A stretch of DNA of 64,000 nt, from assembly GCF_006345805.1 (NCBI RefSeq), contig NC_043001.1, forward strand, positions 110,484,001-110,548,000, in the 5' to 3' direction. Positions 12,116 through 25,575 of this stretch are shown here, one piece after another. The DNA is from Octopus sinensis. Its lineage: Eukaryota. The notes beneath the pieces were generated by a model, which worked only from the letters and a program-made list of their open reading frames with translations, ran no database searches and was not told the DNA's origin. The first letter of the stretch is position 1. Every line of letters begins with the position of its first letter. The position numbers and the translations under genes were made by a program.

Positions 12116-14058
12116 TTATAAAATTCATAGGGCACTCTATGAATACATGGCAAACAGTACTACAGCTCCAAACAAAAGAGGGACTCATGAAAACCAAAGC
12201 CATCCCCATTAGAAGAGGAATATTCCAGGGAGACACACTCTCTCCACTCCTTTTCTGCTTGGCACTGTCACCTCTATCTGATATGCTAAATAGAACTGGA
12301 TGCGGATATAAATGTTACGGCAAAACAATCAGCCACCTTTTATATATGGATGACCTACAACTATACGCTGCAAATGACAAACAGCTGGAAACACTATTAA
12401 AGATAGTTCTTGGATTTACCAAAGAAATAGATATGAAATTTGGATTAGAAAAATGCGCCAAAGTAACCCTGAAAAGAGGAAAACTAGCTAAGAGTAGCAA
12501 CATCACACTAGATAAAACCAATGAAATAAAAGAATTAGACCAAAGCCAAACTTACAAATACTTAGGAATTCATGAACTAGATAAGACACAACACACACAA
12601 ATGAAAGAGAAAATAAAAAAGAAAATTATAGACGAGTTAGATCAATACTAAAAACAGAGCTCAATGCTAAAAAGATGATAATAGGTATTAACACTTTAGC
12701 TGTCCCAGTTATAAGTTACAGCTACAATATCCTTAACTGGACACTAAATGAACTGACCAAAATAGAGAGGAAAACAAGAAAGATAATGACAGGATCTAGG
12801 ATGCATCACCCAAAATCTGACATAGAAAGACTATATATACAACGTATAGAAGGTGGTAGAGGCCTTATACAGCTGGAAAACTACTATAACATAACCACCA
12901 TAGGACTGTAAAAATATCTACTTCAGAAGGAAGGAAAACTGATACAAATAGCGGCAAAACACGAGCAAAACAAAAAACTGTTCCCAGTGTTTAAGGAAGC
13001 TGACAAATACAAACAAGAAATCATACCACCTAATGAAGAAGAAGAAGAAGAAGAAGAAGAAGAAGAAGAAGAAGAAGAGAAGAAGAAGAAGAAGAAGAAG
13101 AAGAGAAGAAGAAGAAGAAGATGAAGAAACAACAAAAGCTATAAAACAAATGAAATCCAAACTAAAAATAGAACAGCAACGTATCATGCTAAAACGGTGG
13201 CAAGAAAAACCCCTTCATGGTAAATACTGGACTAAACTAAACGCAAAAGAAATAGACAAAAAAAAATCCCAGCAATGGTTGAGAAGCTCAGGACTCAAAG
13301 CAGAGTCAGAGGGATTTTTAACTGCAGCACAAGACCAAAGCCTCCCCACCAGAAATTACCAAATACATGTAATGAACAGAAATATAACAAGTAACTGCAG
13401 AATATGTGGAGATGGACAAGAAACAATAAATCATATTATCTCTGGCTGCCCAGTCCTGGCTAAGAAGGAATATATTCACAGACATGACAGAGTTGGAACC
13501 TATATACACTGGAAGCTATGCCAGCATAATGGAATAACAACAGAAAAAAGATGGTATAGGCACACACCAGAAAATGTCACAGAAAAGGAGAAAGCAACCA
13601 TACTCTGGGATATGCCGATACACACAGATAGAGAAATTAAGGCCAACAGACCAGATATAGTTGTCAGAGATCATGAAGAAAAAAAATGCTTTCTAATTGA
13701 TGTATCAATACCGGCAGATGACAACGTGTCTCTAAAAGAAATGGAGAAACTCTCAAAATACAAAGACCTGGAAATAGAGGTAACCAGAATGTGGAATCTA
13801 AAAACAGACAATTCCTATCATAGTAGGTGCCTTAGGTATGATAAAAAAAATATTCAGACAAATACATAACAAAAACACCAGGACTTACAAACACATATAA
13901 CATACGTAAAATTGCACTACTAGGCACCGCACACATCCTACGCAAAACACTTTCAATACAGTAACCATCAGAGCATCACAACCAATCACAGCACATACTC
14001 AAGGCACACAGAGCTGCACTCGGTAGTAAAGTGAAAGCACGCTATAAAAATGAAACTA

Positions 14059-14062
<4 letters not shown>
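12113..14062 (+). mobile_element. R4/Dong-clade non-LTR retrotransposon, 5'-truncated and disrupted (RT, CCHC knuckle, restriction-like endonuclease)
   Basis: GIFQGDTLSPLLF, YMDD, FGLEKCA (RT); CRICG..ETINHIISGC (CCHC); RHD; NRPDIVV...LIDVSIP...K..KYKDL (REL); ends IALLGTAHILRKTLSIQ* near 13963. Frameshifts near 12630 and 13810, stop at about 12909. (TAA)n on both sides (12058-12112, 14063-14152). Confidence 0.95.
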
Positions 14063-14146
<84 letters not shown>

Positions 14147-14463
14147 TAATAACAATAACAGTAAAGTTACTAATATTTATAGTGGAATACTATGCTACTT
14201 CTTCCCTTTTCTTCGTGCGTTAAGTTCCTGCTGGTCTTAACACTGTAAGCCAGATTTAATTTCCACTTGAAATAATCTCGCTTCAATTACAACATAATTG
14301 TTTGAACAAACGAGAGAAATCTTTCTGCAGTGAATGGATCTGGTAGGGATTATATATATATATAATATATATATATTTCTAAAGGGCCAACCAAACAAGT
14401 CCATTTTTTAAAGGTGTAGCGTTTGTAAGAGCCTGGATTGAATTGATATATCGGTTCCATTCT

Positions 14464-14517
14464 AGCAAAAACTGTCTGATGAACGGCAACGAGAAACTTA
14501 GAGTAACAGATTTTGTT
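14464..14517 (+). ncRNA. Solitary type I hammerhead ribozyme fold, family 3
   Basis: AGCAAAAACTGT-CTGATGA-A-CG(GCAA)CG-A-GAAA-CT(TAG)AG-TA-ACAGATTTTGTT: intact core, stem I 11 of 12 positions paired, 3-bp stem III, GUA cleavage triplet. Stem II is only 2 bp with an A.A at its base. Confidence 0.65.
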
Positions 14518-14568
14518 GAATTTTCTGCTGCCTTAAATAAAGTATACATATATATATATATATATATA

Positions 14569-14609
<41 letters not shown>

Positions 14610-14869
14610 GAAAATAAACAGTCGTAGATGCTGCTGAAATATATATAAACATCACACCGTAGAGATTAGTTCTTTTAGATAAGAGATGACCTAGGCCCGA
14701 TCAAAAGCACCACCAACACAACTACATTCACAAAGTAGAAAATAATATTTTGCCAAGGGCACGATATATCCTTATAAATATTAAGTTATTTAACAATATG
14801 TCAAATACCTTCTAGTATTCAAACCCTTTCACCGTGTGGTGCTATAATACCACACCTTATCCGCTGTCA

Positions 14870-15107
14870 GAAATTTCGCCGCATAGGAAATTTCGCCGTA
14901 TAGAGAATGATAAATCGTATTACATTTGCAATGTTTAAAGCAACAAAGACAAAAAGAATGATAAGATGTTTTACAAAAGTATTAACTAAGCAAGACTTTA
15001 TTAAACGTCAAACATTGGGGAAAAAAAACCGTGATGACGTCATTTAAAACGAAATTTCTTATAGCGATATTTCTTACGGCTAAAATGTTTACGGCAAAAT
15101 TTCCTAT
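14870..15107. mobile_element. MITE-like element with subterminal inverted repeats
   Basis: Tandem GAAATTTCGCCG(C/T)ATAG at 14870-14903 and several inverted copies at 15051-15107. Confidence 0.5.
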
Positions 15108-15574
15108 AACCACCTCCGCTCAATACTTTGTCTTCAAGAAGAAATGATATTTCACACTAAATAGATAATGTAAAAGAATATTGCTAGATTGAAGATGTGA
15201 CTCTGTAGCAGTTCTTAATGGAACTTACATTCTTCTCCCACGCTTAGACAATGATACAAATAACTTGATTTCAATTGAACGCGATTTTCAGATCTGCAGG
15301 GGCACTGGCGACAGACATTACAGTATCTACTTAGAACTCGCTCTTGTTTGAATCGGTTATGGTAATTAATTTATCAATATCTGGATTTTTAATCTGGATA
15401 TTGATAAATTAATTACCAGTCAAACACTGACTCTGGCCTAAGAGATTATTTTCCCACACGTAAAAGTCAATAATCTTTACGGTTTACATATTGCCTACTA
15501 CCGCAACGGATAAAAAGTGAACGTATTTGTGGTAAAAATAAATCCTGGTATAAACAGCAGCTAAAACACAATTT

Positions 15575-15737
15575 GGTTGTGGCTGTGTGGTAAATAGCTT
15601 GCTTACGAACCACATGGTTCCGGGTTCAGTCTCACTGCGTGGCACCTTGGGCAAGTGTCTTCTACTATAGCCTCGAGCCGATTAATGCCTTGTGAGTGGA
15701 TTTGGTAGTAGACGTAAACTGAAAGAAGCCCGGTGCA

Positions 15738-15777
<40 letters not shown>

Positions 15778-15998
15778 AGTGTATATGTTTGTGTGTCTGT
15801 CTTTGTCCCCCCAACATCGCTTGACAACCGATGCTGGTGTGTTTACGTCCTCGTAACTTAGCGGTTCGGCAAAGGAGGCCGATAGAATAAGTACTAGGCT
15901 TACAAGAAATAAGTCCTGGGATCGATTTGCTCGACTAAAGGCGGTGCTCCAGCATGGCCGCACTCAAATGACTGAAGCAAGTAATAGAGTAAAAGAGT
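15575..15998 (+). mobile_element. SINE-B, full length, internal (TA)n(TG)n
   Basis: ggctgtgtggtaa A-box-like head, ggttcagtc B-box-like, gcaccttgggcaagtgtctt core, 3' tgactgaa.caagtaa.agagtaaaagag; high identity to the other copies. Confidence 0.92.
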
Positions 15999-16483
15999 AA
16001 TAAACCTAAGCACTCACAGCTGCAAAAACGAGTGATCACAGGCCATATTTGTGGAGGTTTGAGGACAAATGTTAGTCACTTAACTAATTCCACTGATTAT
16101 ACATTTCAACTGAACAAAACATAATTTCTTGTATGGATTTTGAAATACAGATTCACCCATTTCACTTAATCTCTCTTCATTGTTCACCACATTTCCATCT
16201 TACATTTCCCATATGAACGTTGATGACGCTATCTAATGCCATCCTTGCGTATTCTTGTAAAACATCTTAATGCGAGTTTGAAATTAACATTGGCAAACAT
16301 GAAAACCAACTGAGATCACGAGGGAGAGTTAATGTGATTTGTTGGCTTGCAAAAATTTGCAAATTAGCAAATATTCCCCTAACGCTCTTCTTAACTGTCT
16401 AAAGAATATTGAAAAATATAATTCTGAATTCGCTGTTATTTTTTAAATGATAGCATTTGTTGCTTGAATAACTTTGATCATAT

Positions 16484-16914
16484 AAGGCGGCAAGCTGGCA
16501 GAAACGTTAGCAAGCCGGGTGAAATGCTTAGCGGTATTTCGTCTGCGTTACGTTGTGAGTTCAAATTCCGCCTAGGTCGACATTGTCGTTCATCCTTTCG
16601 GATCGATTAAATATGTACTAGTTACGTACTGGGGTCCATATAATCGACTTAATCTGTTTGTCTGTCCTTGTTTGTCCTCTCTGTGTGTAGCCCCTTGTGG
16701 GCAGTAAAGAAATAAGAAACGTTTGCGCGCCGGGCGTAATGCATGGCGGGATTTCCTCTGTCTTTACATACTGAGGTCAAATTCCGACGAGGTCGACTTA
16801 ACCTTTCATCCTTTCGGGGTCGATAAATTAAGTACCAGTTAAGTACAGGGGTCGATCTAATCGACTGGCCTCCTCGCCAAAATTTCGGGCCTTGTACCTG
16901 GTGTAGAAAAGAAT
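16484..16914 (+). mobile_element. SINE-A dimer
   Basis: Full monomer (to about 16717) followed by a second partial unit ending gggccttgtacctggtgtagaaaagaat. Confidence 0.9.
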
Positions 16915-16937
16915 AACATTAATGATATGTCTCATTA

Positions 16938-17160
16938 GTGGAGGTGCGTCGCTTTGTGGTTAGGATGTCGGAATCATGAACGCACGATTGAGGTTTCGAT
17001 TCCTGGACCGGGCAACGCATTGTGTTCTTGAGCAAAACCCTTCATTTTCACGATGCTCCAGTCCACTCAGGTGGCAAAAATGAGTAATCGTGCGACGGAT
17101 CGGCGTCCCGTCCAGGTGGGGAATTTATACATCACTGAAACCGGGGAAGCCTCGCATGAC
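16938..17160 (+). mobile_element. SINE-E
   Basis: Matches 52958-53197 and the reverse complement of 37998-38250 (ttcgattcctgg B box; cgttgtgttcttgagcaaaac; ccagtccactcag). Confidence 0.85.
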
Positions 17161-17744
17161 TGAAGAAGAATTCCGGGTGTCAACGAAAAGAAATGGAACA
17201 ATAAGACAACATCTATAATGATACGAAGCACTCGTATTTTAACTGTGCTGTTGTTGCGTTTTAGCATGGACGTTATGACGATGGTACCTATTTATTTGTC
17301 GTGGATTGAATGTTTTGGCTGTAACAAGAAAGCGACACAAATACTAGGAATCGAATTCGTTACTGGCAATTCACCAATCTGAAGTACAACCTGATATCTT
17401 TTAGTTTGTACTTCATGCGATCATTGGACAACGGACATTGTGGGGAACATGGAGGGATTACTCGAACGAATCGATCCCAGTACTTATTAAGCCGGACTCT
17501 CTTTCTGCAGAAATGATAACTTACTGAGATGCAAACAAACTAATACCAGTTGTCAAGCGGTCCTGGAACAAACACAAACACGAGGCCCACGCGCACGGGC
17601 ACACACATATGTATACATTCATACATGCATACATACATACATATATACATACGTACATCTATACAGACAGACAGACAGACAAGCAGACAGACAGGCAAAC
17701 TGACAGGCAAGGCAGACAGACAGACAAATAGATAGATAAATAGA

Positions 17745-17890
17745 CAGGTTCCGTCTATCAAATTCGTTCGCAGGATTTTCGTCGGAGCAGGCTATATCAG
17801 AGAACATTTGATCCAGATGCTTGGCAGTGGGACTGAACTCGAAACAACGTGGCTAGGAAGCAAGCTTTTTTTTTTTTACCACAGAGCTTT
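17745..17890 (-). mobile_element. Degenerate SINE-B 5' fragment
   Basis: gcagtgggactgaactcgaaac...gcaagc matches the reverse-complemented SINE-B head. Confidence 0.6.
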
Positions 17891-18589
17891 CATTGCCCTC
17901 TTTGATTTATATTGTTGTCGTTTTCATACATTTTATCCCTGTTCTTGTAGAAATAAGGCCAAAGTTGTTCCATTAAGACCATATCATTGCCCTTAATCCT
18001 TCCTGGATTGGCAAATGAAATACACCTCAAGGGTGATAAACATTAATTGAATCATCGTTATAAGAATGGGTAGGATGAATTTCTGTGCTTTTACCGGCTG
18101 TCTGAGTTCAATCCTGCAGTGGGTTACCTTGGTGGCTTTCATAATCCCTTACCCAACGTGATGCCGCTACCCAGATGGATTTCTGGATGCCTTTATAGGG
18201 AACCAGAGTATTCGAAGCATTCGGGGAATGAGTCCACCTTGCGGATAATTTCGTCCCTGTTTTCCACCAGTTGCTGAGACCCTGGGAATGAGCACCCCCC
18301 ACAAAAAAACCTACAATCCAGAGCTGAATAAACCTTTTCGTTCGTTCTCTAAAACTCTGATAGATGGAGCTACTGCACATAGTTTTCCGTCTATAACCCG
18401 ACGAATTTGATCTGTTAATAAAATAGGATTATTTGAAAAGGAAATTAAACCTAGCGTACAAACTAAGACAACCGGGAACTAAGCACTTCTCCCCTCTTTT
18501 TCTTCCTCTCCCTCACTGAAGTAGAAGGGGGAAAAGTACACAGAAAAATGAATGAATTAAAATATTTGCGGTTGCAGACGAAGAGGTAG

Positions 18590-18817
18590 AAGAAAAAGAA
18601 GACTATGATAAAGAGGAGGAGAGGGGGAAGAAGGGATGGGTGACGATGACGACGATGACGGCGATGATGATGATGACTATGATAATGATGGGGAAGGGCG
18701 TAAGGATGATGATGATGATGATGATGATGAAGATGATGAGAATGACGATGATGAAGAACAAAGCGAAAGAGAAGAAAAAGGGGAGCAAGAAACAGAATAA
18801 GATGAAAAAGAAGAAAC

Positions 18818-18864
<47 letters not shown>

Positions 18865-19075
18865 AAGAAGAAGAAGAGGAGGAAAAGAAGAAGAAGAAGA
18901 AGAAGAAGTAGAAGAAGAAGGGGAAGAAGAAGTAGGAGGAGGAAAAGAAGAAGAAGAAGAAGAAGAAGAAGTGGAAGAAGAAGAAGTTGAAGAAAAGAAG
19001 AAGGAGAAAAAGAAGAAGAAGAAGAAGAAGAAGAAGAAGAAGAAGAAGAAGAAGAAGAAGAAGAAACAGAATATA
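18590..19075. repeat. Compound (GAT)n/(GTA)n/(GAA)n microsatellite
   Basis: Read directly; source of the spurious poly-M/F/S ORFs. Confidence 0.95.
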
Positions 19076-19364
19076 AGCAATTGACAGAATTATGTAATTA
19101 TAATTTCGAGAAAATGCAATGCATCTTAATTACGTTCAAAAAAGAAATCGGTGTTTGCCTAAATTCCAGTGCTTCGCTTAATGTAATGAATAAGGAGAGC
19201 TCCATGCATTAGCCTTGTAAATTAATGATGGATGTACTCCACACGCGAAGCTACTTCCACTCTGCAAATACAGCACATTTATAATTTTCAGTCCCAGCAC
19301 GATACATGCAGCCAGCTCCACTTTAAACTGTAATCCTCATTTGTTTACTATTACAAACTGTTGT

Positions 19365-19437
<73 letters not shown>

Positions 19438-19618
19438 ATAAGATCGTTATTTAAAATACCAAACATATGAAGTGGCCAGCATGGCAATAAAATTCTTATA
19501 GGTATTAATTATTATTAAATGTATAATTAAGCGTATTAAGTAAGTAGTTTTAGAGTCAAGTTTTGACTGCTATCTCTAGCATGGTGGTATCTCTTAGATA
19601 CCCTTAATTATAATTTTC

Positions 19619-19687
<69 letters not shown>

Positions 19688-19699
19688 CACTGAACGAGG

Positions 19700-19945
19700 T
19701 ATAATATATTGCCATCGGGACCCCTTCGCATCGAAGACCGGGGATTGTTGTGCACTGACGACGGGTAAATACCTAGAAACCCGGGTCTGTAGGTATCACG
19801 TCAGGTCGACAATGGGAATGATGGCTTCCCTATGCAAATACTGATAGGGCACAGAAAGTGTGTCAATAGCCGGTTGGAGAAGATATTCTCCTGGGGCTAC
19901 AAGCTACAGTAGCATCCACTCTTAGTGATTAAACACATTTAAGTG
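19700..19945 (+). mobile_element. Unclassified interspersed repeat family F
   Basis: ctcctggggcta(c/a)aa(g/a)ctacagta(g/a)ca(t/c)ccac shared with 37075-37190 and 51640-51892; the upstream gcaaatac..tagggcacaga segment is shared with 51775-51800. Confidence 0.75.
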
Positions 19946-21134
19946 ACGAATATACTTCACACACACAAACACTCACATATATATATATGTACATAAATAT
20001 ATATACGTGGTAACGCAATCAAGCGACTACAGGTATATATAGATGCATATATATATATATATATATACATATATATATAGAGAGAGAGAGAGAGAGAGGG
20101 GGAGAGAAACACACTTAAGAAGGATCACAAACTATATTTTGATTTTTTTTTTTCATCGTATAAAAGAGGCTTAATATGATTTTGCCCAGAAATCACGTGT
20201 TCAAACTTAATTTAACCCCGTCATCACCGCAATTTCTTAATTTGTAAAATTTTCACGATTTGTTTTTATTCATGTAGAAAAATACAGAGATTACGTATTT
20301 GGAAAAAAATTCTAATCTCCTGTATTCAAAACATAGGAATCGGAAGAAATTTAGGAAAATATCGTAGGCGGGGCTGCAAATGTAACTTCGGACATGCTAG
20401 AAACAATAGGTAAAGGACAGGATTTCTGGGAGAGCTTACATTTAAATTTATATCGAAGATTAGGTTTTTAAATACACTCATCATACACACGAATTACACA
20501 ATAGAAAAAGGTGATTCCCAGAACAATAAAACTGAACGGTGCATACGTTTCTTTGCATGTTCATTATTTAAAATAGCTTTAATTGTCTCGGACTTGTATA
20601 TACTTAAATATCCCTTTGTGGACTATATTCTGATGCCTATTTATATGATTCTCTTTATAATTGTCAGAAATTATATATTCCATTCATAAGCTACAGCTGA
20701 TACATTTTATACTCTTATAGTTATTGCATAATAATAGCTTATGCTAAAACAAATATAAGTAAAATTATTTCATTATCACATTAAATTGTGTTATTATTTT
20801 AAAAACACAACCTTTGATAGCAGACTTTTGGCATATTTACATATCAATCTCGACTCATTTAAAGCTGTATTTTCAAATATATTGAAATATTGACGAAGAG
20901 AATATGTTTTCTCTGTTATTGATCAAGAGTATAAGCTTAAGATTTTTGTATAATAATATAATATAATATATCTTTCTGTCAGTAACGCATTATAATCGGC
21001 GAACGTATCGAGTTATTAGGGCCCCTGACAAAATCTGCTGCATCATTTGTTTCTGCATTTTAAATAGAAATTCAGCAAAACATAATTCGCTTTTTGTTTC
21101 TTATCTCCTTTCTATCTTAATGAAAGAAGATAAC

Positions 21135-21328
21135 CTAAATTGGAGACGATAAAGCATCTGACGAGATACCTGACGTTATTTCTTTCGACTCTTTGCGTTC
21201 TAATTTCTTTGGTTGTAAACTTAATCTGAGGTCCACTACAGGTTCCTCACCCGGTTCCTAGGACAGTGTGCACTAGATTTCCATGCTGAGGATATCTTCA
21301 GGACTCCTTTCCACACGAGTCGGCGGTC
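21135..21328 (-). other. Candidate exon or pseudo-exon of an unidentified host gene
   Basis: Unique GC-richer island after a strong acceptor (tttccttctttcAG). One frame reads PPTRVERSPEDILSMEI*CTLS*EPGEEPVVDLRLSLQPKKLERKESKEITSGISSDALSSPI*. No homology recognised. Confidence 0.3.
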
Positions 21329-22072
21329 CTGAAAGAAGGAAATACATGGTCGCGTCTATTGTTTCTTCTTTCTTTCACAAAATACTGAAACAATAATATT
21401 ATGTAGTGTAATCTTGTCAGTGACCAGGTCACAGTTCACGCAAAGGAAACTTTTAACGCCGTATAACAAAGGATAAGTGTTTGAATTACGTTCACGATTT
21501 CTGTATGTTTTTGAAAAGTTATCACATATCTTCAACGGATGCACACTCTTTAGTTTCAATGCACAGTTTCAGATGAAATCATTTGCAGGGCAAATACATC
21601 TCCATCGATTATTTATTGTTCCCTTAATATGCACTGCTAAAAATGATGGCTTGGTATGAGTTGCGTCTGTTGTATCAAGAGGTCAATTTCTTATGCATCA
21701 CCAAACATTGGCCAGAAAGTGAGGGAACTTGTGTCAAGAGATAACTAGAACTTTATTAATTATTTCAAGAAAATATTAACTTGCACCAAGCAGCGATGGA
21801 ATGTGAAATCTATTTTTTAAAATTTGATTTCTTGTCATTAACTTGTTTCGCTTCGAGCTTCATGTTATCAATTTTACATAGGAATCACATCCACATAGGT
21901 GGCAAGCGAATATATCTATAGGGAAGACGATCTATTAACTCATCTAAAATATTTATATCAGTCTGAGCAATTGATAAAAGCAGAGTAGAAATATTTATGC
22001 CTTTAACTCTAGGTCTTTTAATCTGCTTTGTTGAGACTACCAACAACAAACGTTTCTCAATTTCTGTCTTGT

Positions 22073-22476
22073 ACTCTTTTACTTGTTTCAGTAATTTGAC
22101 TGTGGCCATGCTGGAGTACCACCTTTAGTCGAGCAGATCGACCCCGGGACTTATTCTTTGTAAGCCCAGTACTTATTCTATCGGTCTCTTTTTGCCGAAC
22201 CGCTAAGTGACGGCGACGTAAACACACCAGCATTCGTTGTCAAGCAATGCTAGGGGGACAAAAACAGACACACAAACACACACACACATACATGTATATA
22301 TATATACATATATACAACAGGCTTCTTTCAGTTTGCGTCTACCAAATCCACTTACAAGGCATTGGTCGGCCCGGGGCTATAGCAGAAGACACTTGCCCAA
22401 GATGCCACGCAGTGGGACTGAACCCGGAACAGTGTGGTTGATTAGCAAGCTACTTACCACACAGCCACTCCTGCGC
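22073..22476 (-). mobile_element. SINE-B, full length
   Basis: Reverse complement of the SINE-B consensus from head (ggcgcaggagtggctgtgtgg) to tail. Confidence 0.92.
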
Positions 22477-22731
22477 TTAGTTAAAGATGTTTTGAAATAT
22501 ATATAGTGTCTCTCTATTTCTTTGACACAAATACGCCAATTGCAATACATGTTCTGTGCAAGAAAAAAGTAACTTGATATATCTACACCCACTCGCTTGA
22601 AGCGATGGTACCACGTTTATGTTTAAGATTACAACTTCCTCTTTTGTTGAAGTCAAATGTTACATCATCTCTTCCCTAATTTAGAGTTCATGTGTTATCG
22701 TTACACAAGACAGTCTTTGGCCACCACTAGT

Positions 22732-22814
<83 letters not shown>

Positions 22815-23106
22815 ATGTATATGTAAATTAGAAAAAATAACATCTTTTATCAATTCAACAATGAAAAAATTAAATTATACCATATAGAAAAAAAATTGCA
22901 TCTTATAGAAAAAATTAAATATAAGATAAAAACATATATCAATGATTAAGTAATGTGCAAAATAATAAATAAAACGCATATATTTGGTAAAATGACTACA
23001 CGCGTTTCGTGGCTATATCTTTGTATATATATATATATATATTAAGGTATGTAGAAAAATACAACATGGACAAGAACGTATAACTCAAGAAGACGATACA
23101 ATAAGA

Positions 23107-23183
<77 letters not shown>

Positions 23184-23390
23184 TGTTTATGTATATATAT
23201 TTATATATGTACTAACACACACATTTATACACACATATATCATGTGGTCGTGAACGACCAGGCTATCATTTTCTGCTATACATCGCTGGTTACAATGCAT
23301 TTCACGTCGAGCAGGCCAACATACCCCCTGATCGAAAAGCTAATCAGTCACAGAGTTAGGCATTTAGAGGTGAGCAGAATGCGTGTGTAT

Positions 23391-23447
<57 letters not shown>

Positions 23448-25575
23448 GTATGTATATATTCAGGTACATGATGTTATATGAAATGTCTTAAACATTTCAT
23501 CATTTTTAAATTCCGTTGAGATGTTTTCTTTCTGGCAGATTAGAGGACTGCTACTTGACATAAAATGTAAGGAAAGCTGCACAATATCTTGGAATGAGTG
23601 ATTCAGTTCTATCCAATACCATTCAAAAACTCTCAGACCTAAAGCTACTATATTTTTCAAGAATATGCCTTTACAACACCTGCGAAGATGAGCAGTAATA
23701 CTTTATAAATAGTTTCTATTAATCACAACACCTTATTTCATTTCCATGCAGATCGCATTTGAATCAAACTGCCAAAATGTCTTCTCAAAGTTTAGAGTTA
23801 ATGACCAAAATATTCTTAAGTTAATTTGAGATTAAATTAAATGATTAAACATATATTCACTTGGGTGAAACATTAGCACGTTTCATAAACTAAGAAGACA
23901 AGTAACCCGACTGATAGAAAAGCTTATTTCGCATGAGTATGCTACGTCATCTGGCTAGCCAGCTGTTCTGAGTCCTGATACAATATTTTCCGACTCTCCT
24001 TGGCTTCTCAACACCTTATAGAGTTGCAGAAGAACCACAGGGACGTACAATGTGTCTGAGGTGTTTACAGCTGAAGCCCGTCCCCTATGGGATTACATTT
24101 CGAAAGTGAGAGAGAAAGAGGGGAGTAAGATAGCTAGAGAGAGAGCTCGACGCTTGTGCACCGCTGGTGCTTTATTAATTGAAATTCTAGAAACGAAAAG
24201 CAATTATTTATTTTGAGGAATTGAATTCAGAGGGCAGAGAACTGAAATGAAAACCTGTAGGTATTCACTACGACCTTTAAACAACTGAGCCAGTTCGTTG
24301 CTTTAGCATAAAAAGTTTTCTACGTCTGCGAAGATATGATCTCTGTACCATCCGATAGATGATCAGGCAAATGTCATGATAGCTACTCATTTATTCCGCT
24401 AGTTATGGCAAAAAGAATCGAGATAACTGTTCAGATATCAAAGAAAGGAAATCTTAAAACATATTAATCGCCCATAAATATTCATTGAATAGTGCTATTA
24501 TCTCTGAGGTAGAAATCAGATAACATTACAAAGAAGTATATTAGTCTAATCAATATTTTTTTTTTATTTTGCGAAAATCAAGCTTTGTCATCAATAAAGT
24601 TCACCTGCCTGATCAGCAGTAACTTCCACAATGAAGAACCACTGAGCATTTTACCTTGTATTCTTGTCTAATGTAACCATTGTACATCTTTGTGGTTAGT
24701 TTCACACAAGTATATAAATCCAGGAAATCAGACAAGAATTCTAGCGTTATCTATCTTCCATCTTCATAGAAAAAATGAATAAAATTTGACTATTAATATA
24801 AAGAGTTCTTTTTCTTACCAAAATCTTGTACAGTATAAAATGTCAAGATTTAAACTATTGCTATTAAATAAATTTGTATTGCCACTATAAACATCTACAG
24901 ACATCTAAACGTGAACAAAAGCTGAGACAGTTTTAAAAGTATTTAATGATATTATTAAATATTACATAAAAATAGCAGCCATAGAAATAACATTCTCAGT
25001 GTGTACAGTATGATATATAATGAAAGCTTCTAAGCTCCTGAGTAGCAGTCAAATTCCGTCACAAATTAAGTTTATTGATGTCATGTATACTGCAAAACTT
25101 AAAACGAGTAAGATCTGACTTTAATACTTGTGTCTACATGAGCACATAACAAAAAAGTATGCTATAGTTGGCTATCAAAGATGAAAGCATAATCACTGTA
25201 TTGTGAAGTAGTCACAAGTCTATTTGCTTCGCAAGGAATAGCAGACACATCACCAAAAACGGTATGTCGTATCTAACTAGGAATTTATAAGGAATATGAA
25301 GGATTACGTTTTTAAATAGACACTCTACAATGTCACCCCACATAAGATGAGTACCAAAAAGAGAAATTAAAAAAGCAAACATCGGAAGAAATATTGAATT
25401 GATACCATTTGAGTGTAATAACTTTTCTAAACTCATATATTCTGAATTATGCAAACTTAATTAGTAAACTTTTTAAACATAATAAACTGAGGTACATGGT
25501 ATGAAAGGACAGATTGGGCAGTGTATAGTAATCATTATATTAGGCTTCACTCTTGTATCTAGTCTGCAGTAAAAT

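Noticed and set aside
11922-12212. ORFs spanning (CCT)n(CTA)n(TAA)n upstream of the Dong element
   Set aside because: Microsatellite translations fused by chance to the truncated RT frame.
15575-15660. tRNA gene calls at SINE heads
   Set aside because: The heads have A/B boxes but no complete cloverleaf and continue into repeated SINE bodies.
19546-19581. GTTTTAGAG and, on the other strand, GCTAGAGATAGCA recall the Cas9 sgRNA scaffold
   Set aside because: The two pieces are on opposite strands, short, and part of a native repeat shared with 8484-8535; there is no array or cas gene.
22985-23015. Minus-strand GAAACGCGTGTAGTC, the 3' half of a hammerhead; a similar decayed string lies at about 430-470
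   Set aside because: The CUGANGA core and stem II are absent (replaced by (TA)n), so no fold can be supported.
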